Shown: positions 46,791-57,218, numbered from the stretch's first letter. The stretch is DNA of 64,000 bases from Acidobacteriota bacterium (GCA_963666055.2 CAXWPH010000015.1:640001-704000); one strand, 5' to 3'. Notes: generated from the letters alone by a model not told the origin. Made by a program: numbers and translations.

Positions 46791-48797
46791 TTAATCCGGC
46801 TTCAGGCGCACCGCCCACAGGCCAGAGTAGAAGTCCGAGAAGAAAATGGTGCCCTTGTGGTACTGCGGACCCCAGCTGAAGACGGCGTTCGGGAAGTAGC
46901 CGTCCGGGTCGAACGGCAGGAAATAGGCAATCTCACGACCCTGCCGATACAGATCACCCATGAGCTCGCCGGATATGTCGACAACCCGAAGACCGTACTG
47001 GATATAGGCGATATAGAGAATCTCGTCGTGCACCCACAGGTTGTGGCTGCCACCCTCCGGGACCTTGTAACGCGCCACTTCATGAGGCGTATCCCACTCG
47101 TCCCACTCGACGAAATGCACCCAGCCGGCCTGACGTTCGGGCTCGTCCGGACTACCCGGCTGGCCACCGCGCATCACGGTTTCGTCGCCGGCGATCAGGT
47201 AAAACCGATTCGCGGACTCGCTGTGGAACGGCAGCGCCGCATGGTTCCAGCCACTCGGGTGGGTGTAGCTGCCGAGCATCACCGGGTTGCGCGGTGAACC
47301 TCCCTGACCCCCTCCACCGACATCGACCGCTACCACCCCGTCGGACCAGTTGGACGAATAGGCGATGCCGTCCTCGACCCAGACGTCGTGAATCGCGTGG
47401 CCTGGCGTTTCGAGCTCGAAGCGCGCCACGCGATACGGGTTGCGCGGGTCCTCGATGTTGATGATCTCGTAGTATTGGCCTGCGCCTACAGCATAGACGT
47501 GGTTGTCATAGACGAACGCGTTGTGAACGCCACCGGTGAGATTCTGGTCGTAGCTCGACAGGATGCGCATGCCGTCCTGCGGGCTGGAGACGTCGAGAAT
47601 GACGATTCCATTGCGCCGGTTGGAGGCGCCTTCGCGAGTCAGCACGGCGATACGACCGTCCTCGGAGATCTTGATGTCGTTGACCGTGCGCGCGTCGATG
47701 CGGATTGAATCGATCATCGCGATGGCGCTCGGGTCGGTGACGTCCCACATGAACGCCTGGCCGTCGGCGCCCCAGGTACCGGTTATGGCGTAGTCGCGGC
47801 CGTCGGTTCCCTCCCAGACCCACAGGTCCGAGGTACCGCGATCGCTGACACGGCCCTGGCCGACGAGCTCGATCTCGCGCTTGGCGTTGCGCGGCCGGAT
47901 GGTGACCCGTTGCTGTGCATGGTGCACCCCCGAGATCGCCACGATGGTGTACTCGCCGGGCAGATCAGCAACAAACCGTCCGTCGCGCCCCATGACACCG
48001 GATCCGGGCTCGCCGCGCTCGTGCTCGGTCGTACGCGCGCTGAAGGCGTACTCGACGGGAGCTCCACCTACGGGTCCCCCGGCAGCGTCCAGTGGCGTGG
48101 CCTCGAAGTGAATGACCTCGCCCGTCCGAGCCTCGGTGGTCGAGGCGGTGAGACGCAGCGACGCGGTCGGATTGGGTTCCACGACGACAGACAGTGCGGC
48201 GGCGGCCTCGCCCACCCCGCGGTCCACTCGGGCGGTGATCGTTGCGCTGCCCGTCGCCATCAGCTTGACGCGTCCGAATCGACCCACCTCGGCGATGTGC
48301 GCATCGCTGCTGCTCAGCTGCACCTCATCATCGCGGCTCGCCTCTGCCACATCGGTCACCGCCGTCTTCAATCGCACTGTCGTCCCTTGGTAAAAGCGTC
48401 GGGGCGGATCGACGAAGACGATGCTGGCGATGGCCGGCTTGGGCACCACGACGCGAACCCGTGCCTCCAGGGCGGGTGGCTCCTCGCCCCCGGCGTCCGC
48501 TAGCTCTCGTGCGACGCGGACGAGGATCGTATGGCTGCCCGGTCGGATCGCCGTCACCAGACCATCGCTGCTGACGCTGACGCTACGCGCGGCCAGCGAC
48601 AGGAAGATCACCTCGGCGTCGTGCACCGGGTCGCCGGCCGCGTCGGTCACCATAGCGTGCAGAGGTCGGCTCTCGCCGACCTCGAGCCGCAGCTCCGTGG
48701 GCCCCACGGCGAGGTTGTCGGCAACACCAGACTGGCCCGCTCCTGCCTGAGCCATGAGCGCCAGAGCTGCTGTGGCGATCAGCGCATAGCGCGTCAC
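46791..48797 (-). CDS. Exported Ig-like (Big_2) + LVIVD-repeat protein
   Basis: Signal peptide, three Ig-like repeats, propeller with SDLWVWEG.DGRDYA, GVHN, IHDVWV, WNHAA, SHNLWV; paralog of 57443-59485. Confidence 0.8.
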   Translation of the reverse strand: MTRYALIATAALALMAQAGAGQSGVADNLAVGPTELRLEVGESRPLHAMVTDAAGDPVHDAEVIFLSLAARSVSVSSDGLVTAIRPGSHTILVRVARELADAGGEEPPALEARVRVVVPKPAIASIVFVDPPRRFYQGTTVRLKTAVTDVAEASRDDEVQLSSSDAHIAEVGRFGRVKLMATGSATITARVDRGVGEAAAALSVVVEPNPTASLRLTASTTEARTGEVIHFEATPLDAAGGPVGGAPVEYAFSARTTEHERGEPGSGVMGRDGRFVADLPGEYTIVAISGVHHAQQRVTIRPRNAKREIELVGQGRVSDRGTSDLWVWEGTDGRDYAITGTWGADGQAFMWDVTDPSAIAMIDSIRIDARTVNDIKISEDGRIAVLTREGASNRRNGIVILDVSSPQDGMRILSSYDQNLTGGVHNAFVYDNHVYAVGAGQYYEIINIEDPRNPYRVARFELETPGHAIHDVWVEDGIAYSSNWSDGVVAVDVGGGGQGGSPRNPVMLGSYTHPSGWNHAALPFHSESANRFYLIAGDETVMRGGQPGSPDEPERQAGWVHFVEWDEWDTPHEVARYKVPEGGSHNLWVHDEILYIAYIQYGLRVVDISGELMGDLYRQGREIAYFLPFDPDGYFPNAVFSWGPQYHKGTIFFSDFYSGLWAVRLKPD

Positions 48798-48800
48798 GGG

Positions 48801-50798
48801 TCAGGTGCGCTCGGCCCAGGGGTACTGAAACTCCGGGCGCAGGACGTCGCCGAGCAACTCCTGCACCGCCCGGTGCCCCTGATCGAACGCCGCGTGCGTC
48901 AGACAGGTCGCCGCCGCGTCGGAGTTGGCAACCGTGATGCGCCCGAAGCGCTGTCGCCCGACCACCCACGGCACCTCGTCGTACCCCCAATCTGGATCGT
49001 AGAGGTCGTTGGCACCCCCGGCGTAGCCGTGTGGCCAGCGGTTCACGGTGATCGCCTCGATGTCGCGCGCCGAGTCGAAGCCGCCGTCGGCGAGCGCCCT
49101 GCCAAGGTCATCGCGGATGCGGCGCTCGAAGACCTCGAACGGGGTGGACTGGAGGTCCTCTCGCCCGGCGCGGAACTGATCACGCGCCGGCAGGCCCGGC
49201 TGGATCGGCACCCGCTTGAGGTGCAGCACCATCGGCTCCCCCGGGGTGCGCGCACACACGTAGTCGCCGAGGCTGATCGAATAATCAAGGCTCGTGTTGG
49301 TGTGGTACCCACCCGGCGCGTAGAAGCTCTGCATACCCAGCTCCGCCCATGCCTCCCAGTTGCGGAGCAGCACGTTCGTGTAGACGAGCGGCTGTCGGAC
49401 CGCCATCTTGAGCGCCGATTTCTGCGTCTCCGGGAGCTCGGGGCAGAGATACGGGATCACGGCGTTGTAGCACGCCATGACGCATGTGCTGCCACGTACG
49501 CTATAGGCCTTGCCATCGCGGACGTAGGTAACCTCCACCTCCTCGGCGGTGCGGCGCTCGCCGACGTGCCTGGCGTTCACTACCGTGCTGTTGAGACGGA
49601 TGCGCACCGCGCTGCCCGGCTCGTCGATTCGGTCGTACCGGATAGGCTGAGTAACCGAGTCCTCCATTGTCGTCCCCGGCAGCGTTGCGGGGTTGAGCCA
49701 GCGGACGATCAGGCGGGCGACGCTGGCATTGCCATCCGGGAAGTGGATGCTCTCGCCGAAATCATCGTCGGGAAGCCAGCTTCTGAGCGGCCGCTCCAGC
49801 CCGAGTCCATCGAGCGCCGGGTAACGACCAGCGCGCAGCGCGCCCCAGGCGCTGTACGAGTCGATGCCGGCGGCGCCGTTCGATCCACCGAGGGAAAGGC
49901 TCAAGAAGTAGGGAATGACACCCGGGTCCGCTTTCACGACCTGCAGCAGATAGTCCTGATAGCTGATCTTGCGCAACCGCTGCTTCTTCTCCTCGAGCGA
50001 CAAGCCCGGCAGGTAGTCGCGCTTGTCCTCGTAGAGCCGCAGCATGTCCTTCTTGACGGTGTCGGACATCGGCGTCTTGGCGAGGAACTCCTCCCAGGTG
50101 AGCGACCCGGCGCCCGCCGGCTCGGAGCTCCGCCGCGGCCTCCCGACCACCAGGCGATCCTCTCCGAACGTCTCGCGGTCGAAGAACGTGCCCGAGCTCA
50201 GCCCCATGCGTCCGTAAAGGCTACGATCGGACTCGGTCTTGCGCAGGAAGCGCGGGCCGTCGATGCCGATGTCTTCAAGCAGCGCCTTGCCCTCGTAGGT
50301 ATAGCTGTTCTTGCCGTGAATCATCATCGTGCCGCCGTAGCCGATGATCCGCCGGTCGCCGATGGTGAACTCGTTGCGCTTGGCGTGGCCGCCGAAGTCG
50401 TCGTGGTTGTCGAGGATGAGAATCCTCGCCTCCGGCAACGCCTTGCGGAAGAAATACGCCGAGGCCAATCCGCTGAGGCCGCCGCCGACGACGATCAGGT
50501 CGTAGCTTTCGCCGGTGCCTTCGGCGTTGTCCCAGGTCTTGCCGTCGCGCATCTCATGCGCCACCTCGAAGGATCCCTCGTGGCTGCCGCGCATACCGGT
50601 GAGACGAGGCGGATAGTAGTCGCCGGGCTCTTCTCCACGCCGCTTACCGGATGGCACGACGGCTGGCTCGGAAGCGTCCGCGCTCGATGGGGAGAGACCG
50701 ATCGCGCTGGCGCCGCCGATCGCCACACTGGTGCCGTTGAGGAAATCGCGCCGGGTGATTTCCCGGCCCATCCCAAGCTCACGATCTGTCTTCGCCAT
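48801..50798 (-). CDS. Tat-exported FAD-dependent oxidoreductase, spermidine dehydrogenase (SpdH)-like
   Basis: DRELGM.REITRRDFLNG, YYPPRLTGMRGSH.GSFEVAH, VVGGGLSG, DNHDDFGGHAKRNEF, HFPDGNAS, TVNRWPHGYA. Confidence 0.85.
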   Translation of the reverse strand: MAKTDRELGMGREITRRDFLNGTSVAIGGASAIGLSPSSADASEPAVVPSGKRRGEEPGDYYPPRLTGMRGSHEGSFEVAHEMRDGKTWDNAEGTGESYDLIVVGGGLSGLASAYFFRKALPEARILILDNHDDFGGHAKRNEFTIGDRRIIGYGGTMMIHGKNSYTYEGKALLEDIGIDGPRFLRKTESDRSLYGRMGLSSGTFFDRETFGEDRLVVGRPRRSSEPAGAGSLTWEEFLAKTPMSDTVKKDMLRLYEDKRDYLPGLSLEEKKQRLRKISYQDYLLQVVKADPGVIPYFLSLSLGGSNGAAGIDSYSAWGALRAGRYPALDGLGLERPLRSWLPDDDFGESIHFPDGNASVARLIVRWLNPATLPGTTMEDSVTQPIRYDRIDEPGSAVRIRLNSTVVNARHVGERRTAEEVEVTYVRDGKAYSVRGSTCVMACYNAVIPYLCPELPETQKSALKMAVRQPLVYTNVLLRNWEAWAELGMQSFYAPGGYHTNTSLDYSISLGDYVCARTPGEPMVLHLKRVPIQPGLPARDQFRAGREDLQSTPFEVFERRIRDDLGRALADGGFDSARDIEAITVNRWPHGYAGGANDLYDPDWGYDEVPWVVGRQRFGRITVANSDAAATCLTHAAFDQGHRAVQELLGDVLRPEFQYPWAERT

Positions 50799-50921
50799 CA
50801 ATGTCTCCCGTTTTGCTCTTCGATCAGGCCCGCGAAGATGCTTTGGCCACGACCATAGACCATCTGCATGCCGCGGTAGTTAGTTGGGCGGAAATACCGT
50901 CATGGGGTCCACCCCTCTGGC

Positions 50922-52319
50922 TCAGCTACTGAAACGCTTGAGCAAGCGGTACCAGAACTCGATTGAATCGTGGAACGCGTCAACACGAACGCGCTCGTCG
51001 AGCCCGTGGGCGCGACTGTCGCCGAAATCACCGAACAGCCCGGAGACGCCATACACGGGGATACCGGCGTTACGAACGAACAGGCCGTCGGTAGCATAGG
51101 TTGCCTGCTCGGGCATCACGGCTGCGCCCGGCCAGATTTCGTCGACGAGCTCGCGAATCGGCTGCACGACGTCGTCTTGCAACGGTGACGGTGGGCTGGC
51201 TACCGTGCCACCGCTCTGCAACGGGCGAATCTCGATCGACTCGTTGGCGACCACCTCGCGCAGCGTCGCCATGACGTGGCTCGGCTCCACGCCGGGCAGG
51301 ATGCGGCAGTTCACCGTCGCCTTGGCTACGCGCGGCAGGGCATTCTCGGCCACCCCCGACTCCAGCATGGTCGCAACGCAGGTCGTGCGCATGGTCGAGT
51401 TGGCCCACGGATCGCCGGCAGCGAGACGGCGTAGCGCGTCAGGGTCCGGGTTCGCCTCGCCCGCGGCACGCAGCAGCGCGCCCTCCTCGCCAGCGGTGCG
51501 TTCCCCGCTGACCCGGAAGCCCTCGCGAACGATCGCACTGACGTCGATCGGGAACTGGTATTGCTGCAGCTTGACCAGTGCATGCGCGAGATCGTAGATG
51601 GCATTGTCGGGACGCGGCAACGAGCTGTGCCCGCCGGGGTTCACGGCCACCAGTTCGTACGACTGATAGCGTTTCTCGGCCATCTGAATCATGAAGATCG
51701 AGGGCTCCCCGTTGGCGTCGAACACGCCGCCACCAGAGTCGGTGTTGAGGGCCAGTTCCGCGTCGATGAGCTCAAGACGCTGCTGAGCCAGGTGAGAGAT
51801 CCCACCCATGGTGGTCTCTTCGTTCCCGGTAAGCACCAGGATGATGTCGCGATCGGGCTCGTAGCCCTCCTGGCGTAGCCGGATGAAATTGGCAACCAGC
51901 GCCGCGACGCCGGCCTTGTTGTCGGTCGTCCCGCGGCCGTAGTAGTAGCCGTCGATCTCGGCGAGGGTGAACGGATCGGCCTGCCAGGACTCCGGGTCGG
52001 CGTCGACCACGTCCACGTGGGCCATCGTCAGTAGAGGCTGGCGGACGCCGGAGCCCCTGTATCGCACCAGCAGGTTCGCTCGGCCCGCGTCGACGAACGT
52101 GATGTCGTCCTCAGCGAAGCCGGCAGCAGTGAGGCGCTGCGCCAGCCCCTCGAGGATCCGCCGCGTGTTCTCCGGAAACGCCTCGCTCGACCGTATCTCG
52201 ACGAGCTCGCGCAGCAGCTCCAGTGCGAGCGGCTCTTGCCCCGCGTGCGACCAGGCGATCGAGCCGGCAGTCAGTAGGCCGGCGAGAGAGACGGCGAGGG
52301 CAACGCGCGTTCGAGCCAT
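50922..52319 (-). CDS. Exported M20/M25/M40 family metallopeptidase
   Basis: AHVDVV, GRGTTDNK, GNEE, GGHSS.P, ENALP, NCRILPG, TDG, AHGLDER. Confidence 0.92.
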   Translation of the reverse strand: MARTRVALAVSLAGLLTAGSIAWSHAGQEPLALELLRELVEIRSSEAFPENTRRILEGLAQRLTAAGFAEDDITFVDAGRANLLVRYRGSGVRQPLLTMAHVDVVDADPESWQADPFTLAEIDGYYYGRGTTDNKAGVAALVANFIRLRQEGYEPDRDIILVLTGNEETTMGGISHLAQQRLELIDAELALNTDSGGGVFDANGEPSIFMIQMAEKRYQSYELVAVNPGGHSSLPRPDNAIYDLAHALVKLQQYQFPIDVSAIVREGFRVSGERTAGEEGALLRAAGEANPDPDALRRLAAGDPWANSTMRTTCVATMLESGVAENALPRVAKATVNCRILPGVEPSHVMATLREVVANESIEIRPLQSGGTVASPPSPLQDDVVQPIRELVDEIWPGAAVMPEQATYATDGLFVRNAGIPVYGVSGLFGDFGDSRAHGLDERVRVDAFHDSIEFWYRLLKRFSS

Positions 52320-53479
52320 CAGGAAATCATCACGGTGCGTGCGAATTGAGCGTTGTTCTCCCAGCTCGTTCGTTTTTCGGCCAGGTCCTCCAGCACTGGT
52401 TGCATCGTGCCGTTAGCGTCGGTGGCTCGCGAAACGATGGTGTGCTCACCAGGCGCTGCCCCTTCCCAACGATGAGAGAAGAGCTTCCACGAGTACTTCG
52501 TGTTTCGCGGATCGAGCGTCGCCCGCTCCCACGGCCCGTCGTCGATCCGCACCTCGACCGAGCGTAGTGGCGTGCCGTCGGTCAGCGCGAACCCGTGGAT
52601 GGTGTGCTGGTCGCCAGCACGGGTCACCCGAGCGATGGCCGACTTGAGCCGGATGCGCGTGATCGAAGTTTCCGTGTGCTTGAGGCTGCCACCTACCTGC
52701 TCGGCCGTCAGGGTGACGTACTCGCGGGCCATGAACTTGCCCATGAAACGGCTCTCTTGCACGTGGATCTGATTCAGCCACTTGACCTGCGCGACCCCGT
52801 ACCAGCCTGGGACGATCAGTCGTAGGGGCGCCCCCTGGTTCAGGCTCAGGGGCTCGCCATTGAGCTCGTACGCCAACATGGTGTCGTCGCGCATGGCGTC
52901 TTCGAGCGACAGGCTGCGGGCGAACTGTTGGTCGACCAGCCACGAGTTGCCGCGACTCTCGATGGTCTCGGTACCCTCGTCGGCGCCGAAGAACACCACC
53001 TCTTTGCCTAGGGGCTCCACGCCGATTTCCTGCAGCAGCGCCCGCAGGCTGGTGCCACCCCAGAGGCCGTTGCTCACCAGCCCGTTGAAGCGACGACGGC
53101 TATTGCCGGAGCACTCGAACGCGCAGGCCAGCTCGGTGCGCGGCCGGCGGCGAATTTCCGCCACGGAGAGTAGCTGCGGCCGTGATACCAGACCGCTGAC
53201 CTCAAGCGCGTGCGTCGCCGGGTCGATCTGCGGCTGGCCGTAGTGCTGGATGGTGAAGAATTCATCGGCGGGAGTGAAAAAATCGTTGATCTCGCGGATG
53301 TCGACAAAGCGAACGATCGGCGTCGGGTCGGTCTCGAACCCGTCGGGCATGTCGGTGAAAGCGACCAGCTCCTCTTGCGATATCGCCGCGAGCGCCCAAT
53401 CAGGCACACCGACTACGATCGAGCCCGCCACCAGCGCCCCCGCCTTGGCCGCCTCACGGCGCGTCATGTCCCTGGACAT
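52319..53479 (-). CDS. Sulfite oxidase-like molybdopterin oxidoreductase with a twin-arginine leader
   Basis: MTRREA leader, FECSGN (Mo-ligating Cys), FARSLS, GAPLRLIVPGWYGVAQVKWL, Ig-like dimerisation domain. Start ATG 53479 (TGATG overlap). Confidence 0.9.
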   Translation of the reverse strand: MSRDMTRREAAKAGALVAGSIVVGVPDWALAAISQEELVAFTDMPDGFETDPTPIVRFVDIREINDFFTPADEFFTIQHYGQPQIDPATHALEVSGLVSRPQLLSVAEIRRRPRTELACAFECSGNSRRRFNGLVSNGLWGGTSLRALLQEIGVEPLGKEVVFFGADEGTETIESRGNSWLVDQQFARSLSLEDAMRDDTMLAYELNGEPLSLNQGAPLRLIVPGWYGVAQVKWLNQIHVQESRFMGKFMAREYVTLTAEQVGGSLKHTETSITRIRLKSAIARVTRAGDQHTIHGFALTDGTPLRSVEVRIDDGPWERATLDPRNTKYSWKLFSHRWEGAAPGEHTIVSRATDANGTMQPVLEDLAEKRTSWENNAQFARTVMIS

Positions 53480-55035
53480 CACTGTCCTCCCTGAGTTATT
53501 CGACGAATCGGCATTCCCGGCCGACTTTCCGTGGTCTCTCCGTTCTCGTAGACGATCTCGCCGTTTACCCACACCGTGTGGATTCCAACCGACGTCAGAT
53601 GCGGCTCCAGAACCGTCGAGCGATCGATGACGGTCTCCGGGTCGAACAACACCAGATCGGCGTAGGCGCCCGGCTCGATCGTGCCGCGTTCGAAGATCCC
53701 CACGTGAGCAGCCGGCAGAGCCGTGATCCTGTGGACGCCTTCCTCGAGGCTCATGACCCCTCGGTCGCGCACGTAGTGACCCAGAAACCTTGTGAACGTT
53801 CCGTAGCCCCGCGGATGAGCGCCTGCCAGCCCCCCATCGCTGGAGATCACGGTCAGTGGCCACGCCATGATCGACTCGATGTCGGGCTCGTTCATGGCGA
53901 ACCCGAGCATCGACGAGCGCGCCGAGTCGCCGCCCTGCTCGGCGAACTCGACATCGGCCTTGAGCAGGCTCATCAGGGTGGTTGTCGCGTCGACGCCACG
54001 CTGCTCGGCAACCTCGGCCACCGTCAACCCGTTGTATTCCGGCTGCGCCGGGTAGTTCGCCAGCAGCACGCCCTCCGGCGACAGCATCTCCTGGAGCACG
54101 TACTCGGCTCCGTCACGACGATCGGGATCGCGGTCTGGAAACAGCGTCAGCAGCCAGCGGAAACCGGTTTGCCAGGCGGCGTAGGGGTAGATGTCCACAG
54201 TGATGTCGACGCCCGAGGCACGCGCCTCGTCGAGGACGCCGATCAGCCGGTCCGACTGTCCCCACCAGCGCGGCATGGCCAGCTTGATATGCGACACCTG
54301 CACCGGCACACCGGCCTCGCGCCCGATGTTGATGATCTCGTCGAGCGCCTCCCAGAAATACTGGTCCTCGCTGCGGAAGTGGCTGATGTAGCGCCCACCG
54401 TATTCGGCCGCCACCTTGGCCAGCGCCACCATCTCCTCGGGTGTCGAGAAGCTGCCGGGGTCATACTCGAGTCCGGACCCGAGCCCCAGCGCCCCGGCTT
54501 CCATCTCGGTGCGCAGCAGCGCCCCCATCTGCTGCAGCTCGACATCCGTCGATGGGCGCTGGTAGTCCTCGCCCATGACCATGCGCCGGATCGTACCGTG
54601 GCCTGCATACGAGGCGACGTTGATCGCCGCTGGCGTCTCCTCGAGCCGGTCGAAAAACTCGGCCAGCGGGTGCCGCTGCCCGCCATCCTGCCCAGCGACG
54701 ATCGTCGTCGCACCCTGGCTGACGACAGCGCGCGCGTCGGGCATCTCTCCGAGCAGCCCACGGTCGTGGTGGCTATGCGTGTCGATGAAGCCGGGAGCCA
54801 GAACCAGGCCGGCGGCGTCGACAACAGTGTCCTCGTCGCGCGGCCTCAAACCCCCTGTCGCCGTGATCCTCTGGCCCTCGATGCGCACGTCGATCTGCTG
54901 CGACGGCCCACCGGTGCCGTCGACAACCCGGGCGTTGACGATGAAGGTTCGACCACTGGCTGGCGGGGCTGAGTCACATCCGATCCCCAGAGCCATCAAT
55001 GCGACGGGTACGATCGCGGGCAAAAAGCGTCTCAT
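53479..55035 (-). CDS. Lipoprotein N-acyl-D-amino-acid deacylase-like amidohydrolase
   Basis: Lipobox-like LGIGC, PGFIDTHSH, GLGSGLEY, SHFRSE, DIYPY, HPRGYGTF, YADLVLFD. Confidence 0.9.
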   Translation of the reverse strand: MRRFLPAIVPVALMALGIGCDSAPPASGRTFIVNARVVDGTGGPSQQIDVRIEGQRITATGGLRPRDEDTVVDAAGLVLAPGFIDTHSHHDRGLLGEMPDARAVVSQGATTIVAGQDGGQRHPLAEFFDRLEETPAAINVASYAGHGTIRRMVMGEDYQRPSTDVELQQMGALLRTEMEAGALGLGSGLEYDPGSFSTPEEMVALAKVAAEYGGRYISHFRSEDQYFWEALDEIINIGREAGVPVQVSHIKLAMPRWWGQSDRLIGVLDEARASGVDITVDIYPYAAWQTGFRWLLTLFPDRDPDRRDGAEYVLQEMLSPEGVLLANYPAQPEYNGLTVAEVAEQRGVDATTTLMSLLKADVEFAEQGGDSARSSMLGFAMNEPDIESIMAWPLTVISSDGGLAGAHPRGYGTFTRFLGHYVRDRGVMSLEEGVHRITALPAAHVGIFERGTIEPGAYADLVLFDPETVIDRSTVLEPHLTSVGIHTVWVNGEIVYENGETTESRPGMPIRRITQGGQ

Positions 55036-55112
55036 CCGATCTCCTTTCATGCGCGGCGCACGCGTCGCCGGTGCGTGGCGAGAAAAACACGACGCCGTAG
55101 CCTCGACGGTGG

Positions 55113-57218
55113 TCATTTCTCGATCGCGCCGATGTCGCATCCTGCGCCGTTGATGCCATCGCCATCCCGGGGCCGCTCGGTCCCGTTCTGGTCGTGGTCG
55201 GTGCAAACTCCGTCGTCCCCCCCGTCGATGACCGGAGAGCCAGCCGTAGGCTGCAGTGCCAACGGCACGACAGTCGCTTCTCGAGGTTCCTCAGGCGCCG
55301 ACTCTCCGGATCCTGGTTCCTCGAATATCGAGTCGTCGACTGGAGGCCTTTCGATGTCCATCACCTCAGCGACTCCCAGTGCTTCGAGGAGTGGGTCGAG
55401 GGAGAAATCCGAGCTGCAGGAAGCGTCGCTGTCCAAGTTGCGGCCGCTCACCGTCAAGGTACCTCGAACCTCGCAGTCGCCGACCGTTGTTCCGGAGTCG
55501 TAGATAATCGTGTTCGACAACCCGACCACGGTTCCGGAATCTACGAACAGGCCGCTGGCTAGTATCCCGGCCTTGTTGCCGTACAGGGTGGTGTTGCGAA
55601 GAGACGCATCGCCGGAGCGGCGCATGTAGACGCCACCGCCGATCTGATCGGCGCCGTTCAAGGCGAACGTAGAGTTCTCGATTACCACCGAGGCATCGCT
55701 GAGCAGCATTGCCCCGCCCTCTCTATCGGCGTAGTTGCCCGAGAAAGCACTGCGCTTGATGGTGCTGCTACCGCCGCTGAGATACGCTCCACCGCCCTGC
55801 AAGGCGGTGTTGAGAATCACCGTTGACCGATAAACCTGGACGAGCGCGGCCTCGATGATACGAATCCCGCCGCCGGCCATCCGAGCGTGATTGTCCTTCA
55901 CCGTCGAATCTTCGAGAGTGAGGCTGGCAGGCTGAACGTTGGCGAACAGTGCTCCTCCCGAGTGTCCCGCCTTGTTGCCCTCAAACCATCCGGCGGTCGC
56001 GAGCAGCGATCCCCCCTGCATCATGAGCGCCCCGCCATTGCCATTGGTGGTCTCGCCAGCGACGTTTCCGAGCAAGCTAGACCCCGCCAGCGTCAGGTCG
56101 CATCGATCGGCATAAATCCCGCCGCCACCTGCTGCTCGATTGGTCCTGATCTCGCCGTCGTTAATCGTTAGCTCTCGGCCGAAACAGGCAATCGCGCCAC
56201 CGTAGTCGTCCGCCCGGTTCGATTCGAATGTTGCGCCATCAACGAACGCCGGGGCGCCGCCCCTGATGAAGGCGACCGCGCCACCGTGCCCCCCCGCCCG
56301 GTTGGCGACGAAGCTGCCTCCGGTGATGCCGTCGGCGATCCCGGACGTACTAACGGCCCCTCCGGAGCCGTGCGCCACGTTCCTGGTGAAGTCGGTGTCC
56401 TGCAACGTCAAGCTCCCCTCGTTGCCACTGACGATCGCGCCACCAGCGCCGGCCGCGGCACGGTTGGAGCGGAAGATCGACGAGATCGCGGAGAACCGAG
56501 CAGCTCCGGCGTTGTAAACAGCACCGCCGCTCCGCGCAGCGAAGCAGTCGACGACCAGGACATTGTCCAGGCTCGTGCGGCCGGAATTGTAAATGCAGCC
56601 ACCGCGCGGATTCGGATCCGGCACCACGATCTTCTCCTCGGAGGGCTCCGGCAACTCGTTGCTGCTCGGTTCGTCTGCTGCCCCGGTGATCTCGTCGCCC
56701 GCACGCGGTTCATCCACGGTCTCGCTGACCTCGCCGCCGGCACTTGGCTCATCCACGGTGTCGTCGATCTCGCCGCCGGCACTTGGCTCATCCACGGTGT
56801 CGCCGATCTCGCCGCCAGCACTTGGCTCATCCACGGTGTCGCCGATCTCGCCGCCGCCACTTGGCTCATCCACGGTGTCGCCGATCTCACCGCCGCTACC
56901 CCGCAGCGTTACACGCGACAGGTGCAAGTCACCCTCGGAGTGCACCGTGATCACCGGACCGCCGTTCGCCGTGATCACGGCGGCGAGCGGATTGGCAGTC
57001 TCGGACGCCCCGGTGATGCTGACTGCGCGGTCGACGGTGAGCCGCTCACTGTAGGTGCCCGCACCCAAGGCGATCCGCGTGCAGCCACCGCCAATCGCCT
57101 CAGCGATGCTGTCGCCGTCGACCAACGCGCACGACTGCGAAGCCGCCTCGCCCGGCACGACGCCACCCAGCCCGCCGAGCAGGCACGCAGACATCGCCAA
57201 ACGGAAGAATCCGCGCAT
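55113..57218 (-). CDS. Exported parallel beta-helix protein (Pmp-like GGA(I/V)/FxxN repeats, choice-of-anchor Q-like C-terminus)
   Basis: Signal peptide from ATG 57218, many FxxNxA..GGA repeats, C-terminal GSPVIDGG...DQNG..RP.DGDG...CDIGAIE. Confidence 0.85.
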   Translation of the reverse strand: MRGFFRLAMSACLLGGLGGVVPGEAASQSCALVDGDSIAEAIGGGCTRIALGAGTYSERLTVDRAVSITGASETANPLAAVITANGGPVITVHSEGDLHLSRVTLRGSGGEIGDTVDEPSGGGEIGDTVDEPSAGGEIGDTVDEPSAGGEIDDTVDEPSAGGEVSETVDEPRAGDEITGAADEPSSNELPEPSEEKIVVPDPNPRGGCIYNSGRTSLDNVLVVDCFAARSGGAVYNAGAARFSAISSIFRSNRAAAGAGGAIVSGNEGSLTLQDTDFTRNVAHGSGGAVSTSGIADGITGGSFVANRAGGHGGAVAFIRGGAPAFVDGATFESNRADDYGGAIACFGRELTINDGEIRTNRAAGGGGIYADRCDLTLAGSSLLGNVAGETTNGNGGALMMQGGSLLATAGWFEGNKAGHSGGALFANVQPASLTLEDSTVKDNHARMAGGGIRIIEAALVQVYRSTVILNTALQGGGAYLSGGSSTIKRSAFSGNYADREGGAMLLSDASVVIENSTFALNGADQIGGGVYMRRSGDASLRNTTLYGNKAGILASGLFVDSGTVVGLSNTIIYDSGTTVGDCEVRGTLTVSGRNLDSDASCSSDFSLDPLLEALGVAEVMDIERPPVDDSIFEEPGSGESAPEEPREATVVPLALQPTAGSPVIDGGDDGVCTDHDQNGTERPRDGDGINGAGCDIGAIEK
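56664..56895. repeat. Intragenic 39-bp tandem repeat (5 clear units plus 1 degenerate)
   Basis: CATCCACGGT recurs at 56711, 56750, 56789, 56828 and 56867; encodes (GGEIGDTVDEPSA)n. Boundaries approximate. Confidence 0.92.

Noticed and set aside
48531-50858. 775-aa plus-strand ORF and many similar long overlapping ORFs
   Set aside because: Antisense or alternate-frame shadows of well-supported genes, typical of high-GC DNA, with no recognisable motifs.
56664-56895. 39-bp periodic repeat as a CRISPR array
   Set aside because: Units are contiguous with no unique spacers, are a multiple of 3, lie in frame within a CDS, and no cas genes are present.
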